Below are positions 19,341 to 29,333 of a stretch of DNA of 64,000 nt, one piece after another. The translations under genes were made by a program, and so were the position numbers. The stretch is from an uncultured delta proteobacterium (lineage in GTDB: Bacteria; Myxococcota_A; Polyangia; Polyangiales; Polyangiaceae): assembly GCA_963841435.1 (NCBI GenBank), contig CAWJCS010000002.1, positions 736,001-800,000 of the forward strand, read 5' to 3'. The notes under the pieces are model-generated. The model did no database searches and had not been told where the DNA came from. It worked only from the letters and a program-made list of their open reading frames with translations. Position 1 is the stretch's first letter, and the number at the start of each line of letters is the position of its first letter.

Positions 19341-20681
19341 GTGCAAGATTTCGACTTCATCGTGATAGGCGGGGGGAGCGGTGGGCTGGCGGCCGCGCGC
19401 CGCGCTGCGCAGCACGGCGCCCGGGTGCTCTTGATCGAGGCGGGCCTCTTGGGCGGCACGTGCGTGAACGTTGGCTGCGTGCCCAAGAAGATATCGTACT
19501 ACGCCGCGGGGATCGCCGACGCCCTGCGCGACGCTGCCGACTACGGGTTCGACGTCGAGGTCCGCGGCTTCGATCTCGGCCGGCTCAAACGTGCTCGCGA
19601 CGCGTACGTCGAGCGCCTGCGAGGCATCTACGCAAAGAACCTGCTGGCGGACGGCGTCGAAAAGCTCTCCGGATGGGCACGCTTCGTTGACGCACACACC
19701 GTCGAGGTAGCCGGAGAGCGATACCGCGCTCGAAACGTCCTGATTGCCACGGGAGGCGCGCCCCGCATTCCGAACGTGCCCGGGCGCGAGCTCGGTATCA
19801 CTTCGGACGGCTTCTTCGAGCTCGAGCGAGCGCCGGCGCGCATCGTCATTGCGGGTGCCGGCTACGTCGCGCTCGAGCTCGCGGGCATTTTCCAAGCGCT
19901 CGGCACGAGCGTCGTCCTCTGTGCGCGCGGGCCCGCACTGCTGTCCGACTTCGATCCCATGCTCGGCGAAGCGGCGCGCCAGGAGCTCGAGCGTGCGGGG
20001 GGACGCGTGATGACCGACTTCGTGTTGGCGGAGGCCCGACCGACGGCGCCCGGGCGCGTGCTCCGTTCGCGCGACGGCCGGGAGGTCGAGGGCAACATGC
20101 TGCTTTGGGCCATTGGGCGCGTGCCCCAAACCGCGAACATCGGCCTCGAGGTGGTCGGAGTCGAGCTCGACACCGAGGGGCACGTCGTCGTCGACGAATA
20201 CCAGCGCGCGAGCGTCGCGGGGATCCACGCGCTCGGCGACGTGACCCATCGACACGGTCTCACGCCCGTCGCTATTGCGGCGGGCCGTAAGCTCGCGGAC
20301 CGCCTGTTCGGCGGCATGCCGGACGCGAAGCTCGACGAGAGCGACGTGCCCACCGTGATCTTCAGTCACCCGCCGATCGGCAGCGTCGGGCTGTCCGAGC
20401 CGGCGGCGCGCGCCCGCTTCGGTGATTCCGTTCGCACCTACACGAGCCGGTTCACGCCGCTTTACGACGGGGTGACCACGAAGAAGACGACGACGGCGCT
20501 CAAGCTCGTCGTGGTCGGCACCGAGGAGCGCGTGGTCGGCATCCACGCGGCCGGCCTCGGATTGGACGAGCTCTTGCAGGGGTTCGCGGTCGCCCTCAAG
20601 ATGGGGGCGACGAAGGTCGATCTCGACCGAACCGTCGCCATCCACCCGACCGCGGCCGAAGAGCTGGTGACGATGCGGTGA
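19341..20681 (+). CDS. gor: Glutathione-disulfide reductase
   Basis: [54 protein letters not shown] start inferred. Confidence 0.93.
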   Translation: MQDFDFIVIGGGSGGLAAARRAAQHGARVLLIEAGLLGGTCVNVGCVPKKISYYAAGIADALRDAADYGFDVEVRGFDLGRLKRARDAYVERLRGIYAKNLLADGVEKLSGWARFVDAHTVEVAGERYRARNVLIATGGAPRIPNVPGRELGITSDGFFELERAPARIVIAGAGYVALELAGIFQALGTSVVLCARGPALLSDFDPMLGEAARQELERAGGRVMTDFVLAEARPTAPGRVLRSRDGREVEGNMLLWAIGRVPQTANIGLEVVGVELDTEGHVVVDEYQRASVAGIHALGDVTHRHGLTPVAIAAGRKLADRLFGGMPDAKLDESDVPTVIFSHPPIGSVGLSEPAARARFGDSVRTYTSRFTPLYDGVTTKKTTTALKLVVVGTEERVVGIHAAGLGLDELLQGFAVALKMGATKVDLDRTVAIHPTAAEELVTMR

Positions 20682-20710
20682 AGGCGGTGAAGGCGGTGAA
20701 GGCGGTGAAG
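20675..20710 (+). repeat. 4 x 9-bp tandem repeat GCGGTGAAG spanning the gor stop codon
   Basis: Copies start at 20675, 20684, 20693 and 20702; each holds an in-frame TGA. Confidence 0.9.
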
Positions 20711-20819
20711 AGCGATGCGGTTAAGACGCCCCGCAACATATGAGAGGTTGCTAGGCGCTCCAGATGCGATCATGATGATTGGTTGCGGGAATTGAGCTTT
20801 TTGAACCCCCCGCCCGAGC

Positions 20820-21977
20820 TTGCATAAACCCGTGCAACAAGACCCCCGACAGGCAAGGCGGCTGCGGGTGCGGGTGGCACTCGTCGCTGTCGTCGCGTTC
20901 GTTGGCTGCAACGTCTACGACTCCTCCCTGCTGACCGGGCAGGAATGGGGCGTCGCGGCCGGCGTGGGCGGTAGCGCGGGAGTTTCGGGCCTGGGGCAAG
21001 GGGGCGGGACCAGCGGCAGCGGGGGCAGCGGCGGCTCGGGCCTGACGGGCGGCTCGTCGGGCCGTGGTGGTGGTGGTGGTGGTGGAAATGGGGGCTCGAA
21101 CGGGGGCACCGGCGCGCTCGAGGGCGGCGCCATGGGCGAGGGGGGCCAGGGCGACACGGGCAGCGGCGGAACCACCGCCGGGGCGACGGGTGACGGCGGC
21201 ACGACCGGGGGCGCAAGCGGCGATGCCGGAACCGCCGGTGCGGGCGGAAGTAGCGGCAAGGGCGGCTCTTCGGGGGCGGGCGGCACCAGCGGCACCAGCG
21301 GCACCAGCGGCACCAGCGGCACCAGCGGCACCAGCGGCACCAGCGGCACCAGCGGCACCAGCGGCACCAGCGGCACCGCGGGTGCGGGCGGCACGAGCGG
21401 CGCGGGCAGCGGCGGTGGTGGCACGGGCGGCGGCGCCGAAACGTGCACGGGCTGCGCTCGGCTCTCGGTCCCGCTCGCCGCGACCGGCGACCATGCTCAC
21501 TACGTCTTGGCGCTGCCCTCGACGACGAATCTTGCCGCCGCCACGATCACCGTGCGCTTCGTGAGGTTCAAGGGTACCGGCGGTCGCGTCAGGTTCTACG
21601 TCCAGCACGGGGGCAGCCCCGACTACAGCTGGGATTTGGGTCCCGAGACGCCCATCGCCAACATCGCGACGAGCGGGACCAACGTCGCGTGGGACATCGC
21701 GAGCACGTCGAGCACGTTCGACCGCACGGTCATCGCGCGGATCGGGATCGAGGTGAACGGTGCGAGCGCGACCGCGTGGACCAATCCGACGGTGCTCTAC
21801 GTCGATCGCATCGACGTGTCCGGGGCTAGCCCCGCCCTGGCCGCTTCGACCTTCGACGCCGCCTCGTCGGTGGACACGACGCCGACGAGCAGCGGCCCGA
21901 CGGGCCCGCTCTGGCTCAACAGCTACAGCGGCGACACCAACGTCACGGGCGCCGCGCTCGGCTGGCTCGGGCCCTGA
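20820..21977 (+). CDS. Gly-rich-linker lipoprotein with a beta-rich (possibly carbohydrate-binding) C-terminal domain
   Basis: Lipobox-like FVGC, long Gly/Ser/Thr linker, aromatic beta-strand domain ending VLYVDRIDV; start codon uncertain. Confidence 0.72.
   Translation: MHKPVQQDPRQARRLRVRVALVAVVAFVGCNVYDSSLLTGQEWGVAAGVGGSAGVSGLGQGGGTSGSGGSGGSGLTGGSSGRGGGGGGGNGGSNGGTGALEGGAMGEGGQGDTGSGGTTAGATGDGGTTGGASGDAGTAGAGGSSGKGGSSGAGGTSGTSGTSGTSGTSGTSGTSGTSGTSGTSGTAGAGGTSGAGSGGGGTGGGAETCTGCARLSVPLAATGDHAHYVLALPSTTNLAAATITVRFVRFKGTGGRVRFYVQHGGSPDYSWDLGPETPIANIATSGTNVAWDIASTSSTFDRTVIARIGIEVNGASATAWTNPTVLYVDRIDVSGASPALAASTFDAASSVDTTPTSSGPTGPLWLNSYSGDTNVTGAALGWLGP
21282..21377 (+). repeat. Perfect coding tandem repeat (GGCACCAGC) x10 plus a partial copy, encoding (GTS)n
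   Basis: Identical 9-bp units with no synonymous variation. Confidence 0.95.
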
Positions 21978-21998
21978 CCGAGCTTCGCGCGAACCAGG

Positions 21999-23279
21999 CT
22001 AGAGCAGCCCGGCCTCGGTCATGAAGGTGCGCTCGACGCGCCCGTAGTCCACGCGCACGTCGAGGCGTGAAAGCACCGAATAGAAACCGAATTGCAGGCG
22101 ATTCAAGAACAGCATCGCGGGCGGGAGCATGACGAAGCTGTTGTCCTTCGCCCAGAACAGCTTCTTCATCGCCTTGAGCTCCTCCACGAGGCTCGTCGTG
22201 TAAGTGCGGGTGATGTGGAACGGCGAGTGGAACATCGGATCGAAACAGCGCCGCGAGTACTCGACGGCGCGCGTTCCGTAGGCGCCGCCGTGCGTGCCGA
22301 GCAGGATCTCGGCCTGGCGCGCGAACTCGGCTTCGTTGCGTGAAAGCGCCGCGAGATGCATGGCGCGCGCCGTCGGCAGCCGATCGGCCGCGATCGGTTG
22401 CACGCAACCGAAGTCGAGGAACGTGACCAAGCCGTCAGGGCCGAACAGGTAATTGCCAGGGTGAGGGTCGGCGTTGAACATCCCGCCGACGAGGTTTCCC
22501 TTGAACACGAAGCGCCACAACGTCTCCGCCCAGGCGCGGCGCTCGGCTTCGCTCGCCTCGGTGGCGCGCTCGTACGAGATGCCCCCGGCGAGCGCCGTCG
22601 TGAGCACGCGTCGGCTCGAGCGCTCGGGCATGACCTCGGGTATCTTGATCTTCTCGTCGCCTGCGTGAAGCTTCGCGAACGCACGCTGCCGCTCCGCTTC
22701 GAGCTCGTAGTCGAGCTCCTCGCGGAAGCGCGTGGCGACCTCGTCGTAGGCCGCCTGCGCGTTCAGGCCGCGCGGGCCGAGCGCCGAAACGAGGCCCTGC
22801 ATCAGGCCGGCGTTCTTGAGGTCGCTTTCCACGGCACTCGCGATGCCTGGATGCTGCACCTTCACCGCGACCTGGCGGCCGTCGGGCAGGGTGGCGCGGT
22901 GAACCTGGCCGATCGACGCGCTCGCGAAGGGTCGCTCGTCGAAGGTCTCGAAGAGCTTGCCGATGGGCGCGCCGAGCTCGTCCTCGATGAGGCCGCGGAT
23001 CGCGTCCGGCGAGGAACGGGGTGCCCTGTCACGCAGCCTCGCGAGCGCTCGCTCGTAGGTCTCGCGCTGTGCTTCCGGAACGAGCCCATCGACGTAGCTC
23101 AGCGTCTGGCCGACCTTCGCCGCGAGTCCGCGCAGGGTGCCGAGGACCTCGGCGGCGTACTCGGCCGCGTCGGGCCCGCTCTTCGAGACGATGAAGCCCG
23201 CTCCGGCTCGCGCGCCCACCCCGGCGAGTCGGACCACGCGCCCGAGACGCCCGGTTGGCAGGCTCGGGGTTTTGGACAT
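21999..23279 (-). CDS. ABC1/AarF/UbiB family atypical kinase
   Basis: KVGQ, PFASASIGQVHRA, VAVKVQHPG, EELDY, NADPHPGN, LDFGC. Confidence 0.93.
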   Translation of the reverse strand: MSKTPSLPTGRLGRVVRLAGVGARAGAGFIVSKSGPDAAEYAAEVLGTLRGLAAKVGQTLSYVDGLVPEAQRETYERALARLRDRAPRSSPDAIRGLIEDELGAPIGKLFETFDERPFASASIGQVHRATLPDGRQVAVKVQHPGIASAVESDLKNAGLMQGLVSALGPRGLNAQAAYDEVATRFREELDYELEAERQRAFAKLHAGDEKIKIPEVMPERSSRRVLTTALAGGISYERATEASEAERRAWAETLWRFVFKGNLVGGMFNADPHPGNYLFGPDGLVTFLDFGCVQPIAADRLPTARAMHLAALSRNEAEFARQAEILLGTHGGAYGTRAVEYSRRCFDPMFHSPFHITRTYTTSLVEELKAMKKLFWAKDNSFVMLPPAMLFLNRLQFGFYSVLSRLDVRVDYGRVERTFMTEAGLL

Positions 23280-23356
23280 GCTCCGATGCTAGCGGATTTT
23301 CGAGAACGGGCCGCTCGGCGTCTGGCCGAGCCCGGAGACCGCCGTGCCGGTGCCGG

Positions 23357-24322
23357 TCAGCCGAGGGTCGGATCCGGCGACCCGGAGACGATCCCTGGCG
23401 CGGCTTTCTTGGTGGCGTGCGGCAGCTGCAGGGCCGGATCGTACACCCGCGCCGGAGGCTCTTTGATGTCCCAGACGAGGCCGACGAGCCCGAGTAGACG
23501 TAGCAAGTAGTAGGTGAGGTCGATTTCCCACCAGTAGAAGCCCTGGCGCGTCGAGCCCATGAAGTGGTGGTGGTTGTTGTGCCAACCCTCGCCCATCGTG
23601 ACGATGGCGAGCACCCAGTTGTTCGTGCTCGCGTCGCCCGCGTCGTAGCGCTGCGTGCCGAGCATGTGCGAGAGCGAGTTGATGGTGAACGTACCGTGCC
23701 AGAGGAGCGCCGTGCTGAGGAAGAAGCCGATCAGCAGGCCGGACCAGCCGAACAGGAGCCAGACACTCACGCCGAGCAGCGCCGGGGGCAAGAACCAGAA
23801 CTTGTTCAGGAACACGAGCTCGGGGTAGCGCGCAAGGTCGCGCACCTTGCTGTAGTCGGTCTTCTCGGTGTGGTCGTAGAGCCAGCCGAAGTGCGAGTAC
23901 CAGAAACCGCGCCGCGAATCGTGGGGGTCGCCGTCCTGATCGGAGAGCTTGTGGTGCACCCTGTGCTTCGAGGCCCACCAGATCACGCCCTTCTGCGAGC
24001 TCGACATGGCGAGGACGGCCAGCAAGAACTGGAAGAAGCGGCTCGTCTTGTAGGTGCGGTGCGAAAAGTAGCGGTGGTAAACGCCCGTGACCCCGAACAT
24101 CCGGATCCAGTAAAGAGCCACGCAGACCGCCCAGTCCTGCCACTTGGTCCCGGTATAAAACGCGAGCAGCGGCAGTGCGTGGACGATGATGAAGGGGGTG
24201 GCCCCCAACCACTGGTACTCGGAGAGCTTCGTGGCGCGCTGCGTGGGGGCCGGCGGATCGTAGGAAACGGAAAGAAGGCTCACCTCCCGAAGATGGCATC
24301 GGGTGGCGATGGCCACGGTCAC
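23357..24322 (-). CDS. Acyl-CoA (delta-9-type) fatty acid desaturase
   Basis: His boxes HRYFSH, HRVHH, GEGWHNNHH; INSLSH; start uncertain. Confidence 0.92.
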   Translation of the reverse strand: MTVAIATRCHLREVSLLSVSYDPPAPTQRATKLSEYQWLGATPFIIVHALPLLAFYTGTKWQDWAVCVALYWIRMFGVTGVYHRYFSHRTYKTSRFFQFLLAVLAMSSSQKGVIWWASKHRVHHKLSDQDGDPHDSRRGFWYSHFGWLYDHTEKTDYSKVRDLARYPELVFLNKFWFLPPALLGVSVWLLFGWSGLLIGFFLSTALLWHGTFTINSLSHMLGTQRYDAGDASTNNWVLAIVTMGEGWHNNHHHFMGSTRQGFYWWEIDLTYYLLRLLGLVGLVWDIKEPPARVYDPALQLPHATKKAAPGIVSGSPDPTLG

Positions 24323-24434
24323 GGTTCTGTCAGAAACCCGTCAGAGGGGGGGGGCCGCGAGCGGGCGAGCGGCCGGTCGGCCCGTCGCCGGCAGGCGGGT
24401 GGTCTCGCCGGCGCTCAGCCTGGAACGAGGCCGC

Positions 24435-24647
24435 TCATTTCCGCAAGACGAGGTTCAAGAGCAGTGTGAGCAAAAGGCTCACCAGGATCGATGTCGCAAG
24501 CGGTGCGTAGAGCCGGAAGCCCTTCCGTTCGACGACGATGTCGCCCGGCAGTCGGCCGAGCCCGAGCTTGTCCGCGAGGAGAAGCGCGCCACCGACCACG
24601 ATCAGGAGCACGCCGAACGCGAGGAGGCCGCGGCCGAGCTGGCTCAT
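24435..24647 (-). CDS. Small membrane protein, DUF2905-like
   Basis: Two TM helices flanking LGRLPGDI...YAPLATSILVSLLLT. Confidence 0.88.
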   Translation of the reverse strand: MSQLGRGLLAFGVLLIVVGGALLLADKLGLGRLPGDIVVERKGFRLYAPLATSILVSLLLTLLLNLVLRK

Positions 24648-25561
24648 GCGCCGGTTTTTCCACCTTCCGCGGGCGCCAGCAAGTGCTTCGACATGGCGCG
24701 GTGAGGCACCGTCACCTCGATGAAGGGCTCGCCTTGCGGCTCGTACCCGAGCCGCTCGTAAAACGGCACCGCGGGCTCGCGCGCGTTCAGCACCATCTCC
24801 GAGAAGCCCCGCGCGCGGGCGACGGACTCCGAGTAGGCGACCAGACGCGACCCGATGCCAGCCTTCTGTCGATCGAACTCGACGGCGACCTGACGCATCT
24901 TGACGCGGCCTTCACCGCGATCTTCGAGCATCAAACAGGCGGCGAGCCGCTCGCCCTCGAAGGCACCGAGGTGCACCAGGCTCCTTTCGGTGGCGCGTTC
25001 CTCCGGACCGGGGCGCAACCCGAGCGGCTCCCTGAGCACGCGCGTTCGGAGCACGACGCTCGCGTCGTATTCGCTGGTGCCGAAGCTGATCTCGCGAAGG
25101 TCGAGCACGCCGCCCGCCGCGATGCCCCACAGGACCGTCGCGATGGCTCCGAACAAGCACAGGGCGCCGGGCGGCACGAGCAGCACGCCGAGCCCAGGGT
25201 CGCCTCCGTGCACGAACAGCCCGCCGAGTAAGAAGCCGCCGGGCAAGAGCACGGTCGCCGCGCCGAGCAGCGCCCCCGCGCGCTTCGCCCGTTCCAGGCT
25301 CGGGGCATGGCGTGACTCGAGCGTGAGCCCGAACACCACGTGCAGGAGCGAGAGCAGCGTGCCGTGCGCATGCGCTAGCCTGAACGACAGCCGGCGCGCC
25401 TCGTTCCCCACGTCGAGATAAGAGCCCACCTTGAAGCCGTGCAGCGCCTCGAGCACGACGCCGAGCGAGAGGAAGACGAGCAGCCCGGCATAGCCGACGC
25501 GCAGGTGACGGACGGCAAGGGCACTCAGCGAGGGGCGCCGGGGCGTCTTCGGCTCGTTCAT
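24644..25561 (-). CDS. In-frame fusion of a 4-TM His-containing membrane domain and a GNAT N-acetyltransferase
   Basis: N-part LEALHGFK...LAHAHGTLL with TM helices; C-part from about 25108 with LR-x-x-VLREPLG, MRQVAV...QKAGIGSRL, AVPFYERLGY; no stop between them. Confidence 0.72.
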   Translation of the reverse strand: MNEPKTPRRPSLSALAVRHLRVGYAGLLVFLSLGVVLEALHGFKVGSYLDVGNEARRLSFRLAHAHGTLLSLLHVVFGLTLESRHAPSLERAKRAGALLGAATVLLPGGFLLGGLFVHGGDPGLGVLLVPPGALCLFGAIATVLWGIAAGGVLDLREISFGTSEYDASVVLRTRVLREPLGLRPGPEERATERSLVHLGAFEGERLAACLMLEDRGEGRVKMRQVAVEFDRQKAGIGSRLVAYSESVARARGFSEMVLNAREPAVPFYERLGYEPQGEPFIEVTVPHRAMSKHLLAPAEGGKTGA

Positions 25562-25613
25562 CCCGCTCGGGGAATAGATCATGATCGGCGGCGAAACACC
25601 ACGCCCACGAAGC

Positions 25614-27623
25614 TCATTCGGAGATGGTCGTGGGCCTGTCGTCGCGGGTAGCGGCGAGGCGCGAGAGACGTGCTTCGTCGCGCCCGCGCGCCCCGTCGAG
25701 CAACACGGTCGGAGCGACGCGCGGGGCCCACGTGCTCTTCCACAGCGAAAGCGCCCGCGCCCGTGCCTCCCGCCGCGCCGCGGGGCCGGCGACGAAGTCC
25801 GCGTCGAATTCGGCGAAATGGGGCAGCGTTCGGAGCGCGTCGAGCGCCATCTTGCGCACCGCGGCGTAGGGGTCGTCGAGCAGCTCGGCGAGCAAGGCCG
25901 CTTCCCAGTCGGAGCCGGAGGCGCGCTGCGCTTCCGGGCGACCGAACGCCCACGCGAGGATGGCGCGCTCGGCGGCATCGCCCGCGACGAGGCCGGCCAC
26001 GGCCATGGCCGTGTCGTCGGACCCGACCGCGCTCGAACCGATGCCGTAAAAGCGTTGCAATCGCTCGGCGGTCCACGCGAGCGTGCGGTCGAGGTGGCAG
26101 AGGTTGCAGGCGTTCGGTCGTCCGAACTCGGCCGTGTCGGTCGCGCTCGGCGAGTCGATGCGGTGGGAGCGAATGCCCTTGAACAGGGCGTAGGAGGTAA
26201 ATGGCATGTGGCAGCCCACGCACGAGTCGCCCGGGGAGCCGGCGGCGTGGTGTGTGTGCTCGGCGCGGTGCCCCGCTTCTTTCGCGTGGCAGTGCTCACA
26301 GGCGGCATCGACGCTGGCGCCACGGCGGAGCTGATCGTCCGGCTCGCTCTCGTGCATCGAATGGCAACTGAGGCAGGAAATCCGCCGCTTGCCGCTCCCC
26401 CGCGCGAAGCACGCGGATGCGACGAGCCCATTGTGCTCGCGCCCGCCGACGCGAATCGTGCCGTCCGCCCAGAAGAGGCTCTCCGCGCTCGCCTCCACGA
26501 GCCCTGCGAGCGTGCCGCCCGTGGCGGGCGAGGCGACGAGCGTTCGGCTTTCGTCGAGCGCGTCGCCAGGACGATAGTCGTCGGCGTACCCCGCTTTCCA
26601 GAAGCGCTCCTCGCTCTTTGGCACGAAGTACGCGTGGCACTGACCGCACACCTCCGAGGCGCGCTCCGGCGTCAGGCGCGCCGGATTGACGATGGTCGGG
26701 TCCGGTTCGTCGCGGAGGTGACGCGCCAGGCGCTCGAGCGGGTTTCGGTGCCGCTCGGCGTGCTCGCCGCCGGGTCCGTGGCAGGCCTCGCAGGCGATGC
26801 CGAGCTCGGCCGCGCTCGTCCTGAACGTGTCGGTGCGAAGGTCGTGCTCCGGGCGCCCGAGCGTGGCGTGGCACTGAACGCAGTTCGAATTCCAGCGCAC
26901 CGCGTGCTCGGACGCAGCGGGGGGCTGCAAGAAAGCGTCGCGGCGAGCGATGAAGCGCCCGTCACCGATGAGGTACGTCACGGGCACGAGCCGGAGCTCG
27001 TTGCCGCGCTCGCCACGCACCCAATAGACTTCGTGGTGGTGCGACCCCGTGGCGAGCACGACGCGCCTCGTGACGAGGGGCGCGGCGGCGTTCGGCCGCG
27101 GGTCGCCCGCGACGATCGCCCGGGCCACGAGGTCCGGATCGGGCAGTCGGGCCCGTAGCTCTTCGCCGCGCGTGAAAAGCTCGATGCTGCGGCCTTCGAC
27201 CTCGAGCCTCCGGCCATCGAAGGGCGCGCGCACGGTGCTCGGCGTCGCGAGGCGCGTCATGGTGCGGTGAAAGCTCCGGTGCCAGCTTGCGTGTTCGGCC
27301 GGATGGCAGCTCCGGCAAGCGTTCGACCCCACGGCGCTCGATGGCGTCGTGCGCTCGGGCGCGCCCGGCGCTGCGGCCGTGTCAGGGCGGCTTGCCACGA
27401 GGACCGCCGTGGCCGTCAGCCCGAACAGCCCGGCCGCGCCCGCCGCGCGCGCACGGGACCCCGCGCCGCGCACGGCGACCCAGGCACCGCTCGCAGCGAC
27501 GCCGAGCACGCAGAAAAGCTCCACGGCGGCCACGAGCGTGCCGAACCATACCAGCCGCTGACCTCGGTTGCAGCGCGGCCGTGGATGGGCGATGCGAAAC
27601 CGGTGCGCGCCGACGAGCTCCAT
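25614..27623 (-). CDS. Membrane-anchored octaheme c-type cytochrome
   Basis: Eight CxxCH motifs (CRSCH, CVQCH, CEACH, CGQCH, CLSCH, CEHCH, CVGCH, CNLCH), N-terminal TM segments, HEAT-like C-terminus (LLDDPYAAVR); true start probably slightly downstream of 27623. Confidence 0.88.
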   Translation of the reverse strand: MELVGAHRFRIAHPRPRCNRGQRLVWFGTLVAAVELFCVLGVAASGAWVAVRGAGSRARAAGAAGLFGLTATAVLVASRPDTAAAPGAPERTTPSSAVGSNACRSCHPAEHASWHRSFHRTMTRLATPSTVRAPFDGRRLEVEGRSIELFTRGEELRARLPDPDLVARAIVAGDPRPNAAAPLVTRRVVLATGSHHHEVYWVRGERGNELRLVPVTYLIGDGRFIARRDAFLQPPAASEHAVRWNSNCVQCHATLGRPEHDLRTDTFRTSAAELGIACEACHGPGGEHAERHRNPLERLARHLRDEPDPTIVNPARLTPERASEVCGQCHAYFVPKSEERFWKAGYADDYRPGDALDESRTLVASPATGGTLAGLVEASAESLFWADGTIRVGGREHNGLVASACFARGSGKRRISCLSCHSMHESEPDDQLRRGASVDAACEHCHAKEAGHRAEHTHHAAGSPGDSCVGCHMPFTSYALFKGIRSHRIDSPSATDTAEFGRPNACNLCHLDRTLAWTAERLQRFYGIGSSAVGSDDTAMAVAGLVAGDAAERAILAWAFGRPEAQRASGSDWEAALLAELLDDPYAAVRKMALDALRTLPHFAEFDADFVAGPAARREARARALSLWKSTWAPRVAPTVLLDGARGRDEARLSRLAATRDDRPTTISE

Positions 27624-29330
27624 GCCCGCGTCGAGCGTCTCAGGGAGCGGGTGGAGGCGCGTGACCCGGGGGAGTGGACCCGGCTGACCTCGGAGCTCGA
27701 GGCGCTGCGTGCTCTTTATCGGAGCAACTCGCTCGCGTTCACGCCCGACCTGCTCGGCATGCTCAAAGGCATCGCGGAGAACCTGCGTGTCGGGCCGAGC
27801 GATCTCGAGCTCGAGCGCGCGCTCAAGACGACGTTCGGTTTCGATACTTTCCGTCCCGGTCAGCTCGCCATCGTGCGCAGCGTGCTCGCGGGGCGCGACT
27901 GCATCGGCGTGATGCCCACGGGGGCCGGAAAGTCGCTCACCTACCAGCTACCGGCGCGCGTCCTCGGCGGCCTCGCGCTGGTCGTTTCGCCACTCATCGC
28001 CCTCATGAAAGATCAGGTCAACGCGCTGTCGGAGGCGGGCCTTCGCGCGACGTACTTGAACTCGAGCCTGACTCTCGACGAGCGACGCGAGCGCATCGCG
28101 CGGCTTCGCGCGGGAGAATACGAGCTGCTCTACGCGGCGCCCGAGGGCCTCGAGGCGGCGACGGGAAGGCTCGTGGGCGAGCTCGACTTGAAGTTGATCG
28201 CCGTGGACGAGGCGCACTGCATCAGCCAGTGGGGCCACGATTTTCGCCCCGCCTACCGCAACCTTTCGGGCCTCAAGCGCCGCTTCCCCAGGACCCCCGT
28301 GCTCGCGCTGACCGCCACCGCCACCCAAGACGTGGTGCGGGATATCGAGGCGCAGCTCGGCATGCAGGGGCCCGCGCTCTTTCGTGGCTCGTTCTACAGG
28401 AAGAACCTGCGCCTGTTCGCCTGCCGCAAGGACGCTCTCGGCCGCATGACGACGCGCGAGGCCATCCGCGCGCTCCTGCTCGATCGCCGCGGTGAGAGCG
28501 GCATCATTTACGCCCTCTCGCGAAAGTCCGTCGAGCAGCTCTCGGAATTCCTCAAGGCCTCGGGGATCGCGGCGGGCCACTACCACGCGGGGATGGACCC
28601 CGCCGACCGCTCGCGCGTCCAGGACGCCTTCCGCTCCGGCGAAATCAACGTCGTGGTGGCCACGATTGCCTTCGGCATGGGCATCGACAAATCGAACGTC
28701 CGCTTCGTGATCCACCGCGACATGCCGCGCTCGGTCGAGGGCTACTATCAGGAGATCGGTCGTGCGGGGCGCGACGGCCTCGAGAGCGACTGCTATCTAT
28801 TTTACTCGTGGGCAGACGTGAAAGCCTACGACCGCTTCGCCGACTCTGCGACCGACGATCTTGCCGGCGAGCGACTCCGCGCGCAGGCGCGGGAGATGCA
28901 CCGGCTCGCGGAAGCCGACGGATGCCGCCACCAGCACCTCGTGGGCTACTTCGGCGAATTGCTCGGGCCAACCTGCGCGAGCTGCGATCACTGCCTCGCT
29001 GAGGATGCGTCCGCGACGCTGCGCGGGCTCAGGCGCACGGCCAAGGCGGGGAAGCCTCGCCCGGAAGCCGGCGAGGGTGCGCGGCGCGCGCCCCCGGAGC
29101 TCGGGACCGGCGACGAGACGTTGTTCCAGACGTTGCGCGAGCTTCGCGGGCGGCTCGCGGTCGAGCGCCGCGTGCCCGCGTACGTCGTGTTCAGCGACGC
29201 GACGCTCGTGGAGATGGCGCGCCGGCGCCCGGCGAGCCAGGGCGAGCTGCTCGGCGTGCCCGGCGTGGGCATGGCGAAGCTCGAGCGCTACGGCGAGGTC
29301 TTCCTCGCCGCCATCGCTCGCCACGGCTGA
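27585..29330 (+). CDS. recQ: RecQ-family ATP-dependent DNA helicase with Zn-binding and HRDC domains
   Basis: MPTGAGKS, VDEAHCISQWGHDFRP, ALTATA, ATIAFGMGIDK, YYQEIGRAGRDG, Cys cluster, HRDC (VPAYVVFSDATL). Confidence 0.93.
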   Translation: MGDAKPVRADELHARVERLRERVEARDPGEWTRLTSELEALRALYRSNSLAFTPDLLGMLKGIAENLRVGPSDLELERALKTTFGFDTFRPGQLAIVRSVLAGRDCIGVMPTGAGKSLTYQLPARVLGGLALVVSPLIALMKDQVNALSEAGLRATYLNSSLTLDERRERIARLRAGEYELLYAAPEGLEAATGRLVGELDLKLIAVDEAHCISQWGHDFRPAYRNLSGLKRRFPRTPVLALTATATQDVVRDIEAQLGMQGPALFRGSFYRKNLRLFACRKDALGRMTTREAIRALLLDRRGESGIIYALSRKSVEQLSEFLKASGIAAGHYHAGMDPADRSRVQDAFRSGEINVVVATIAFGMGIDKSNVRFVIHRDMPRSVEGYYQEIGRAGRDGLESDCYLFYSWADVKAYDRFADSATDDLAGERLRAQAREMHRLAEADGCRHQHLVGYFGELLGPTCASCDHCLAEDASATLRGLRRTAKAGKPRPEAGEGARRAPPELGTGDETLFQTLRELRGRLAVERRVPAYVVFSDATLVEMARRRPASQGELLGVPGVGMAKLERYGEVFLAAIARHG

Positions 29331-29333
29331 CGT

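Noticed and set aside
23366-23380. 14/15 match to the enhancer-like box (GGTCGGATCCGGCGA)
   Set aside because: Single copy inside the desaturase coding end, with no -24/-12 element seen nearby; plausible by chance in high-GC DNA
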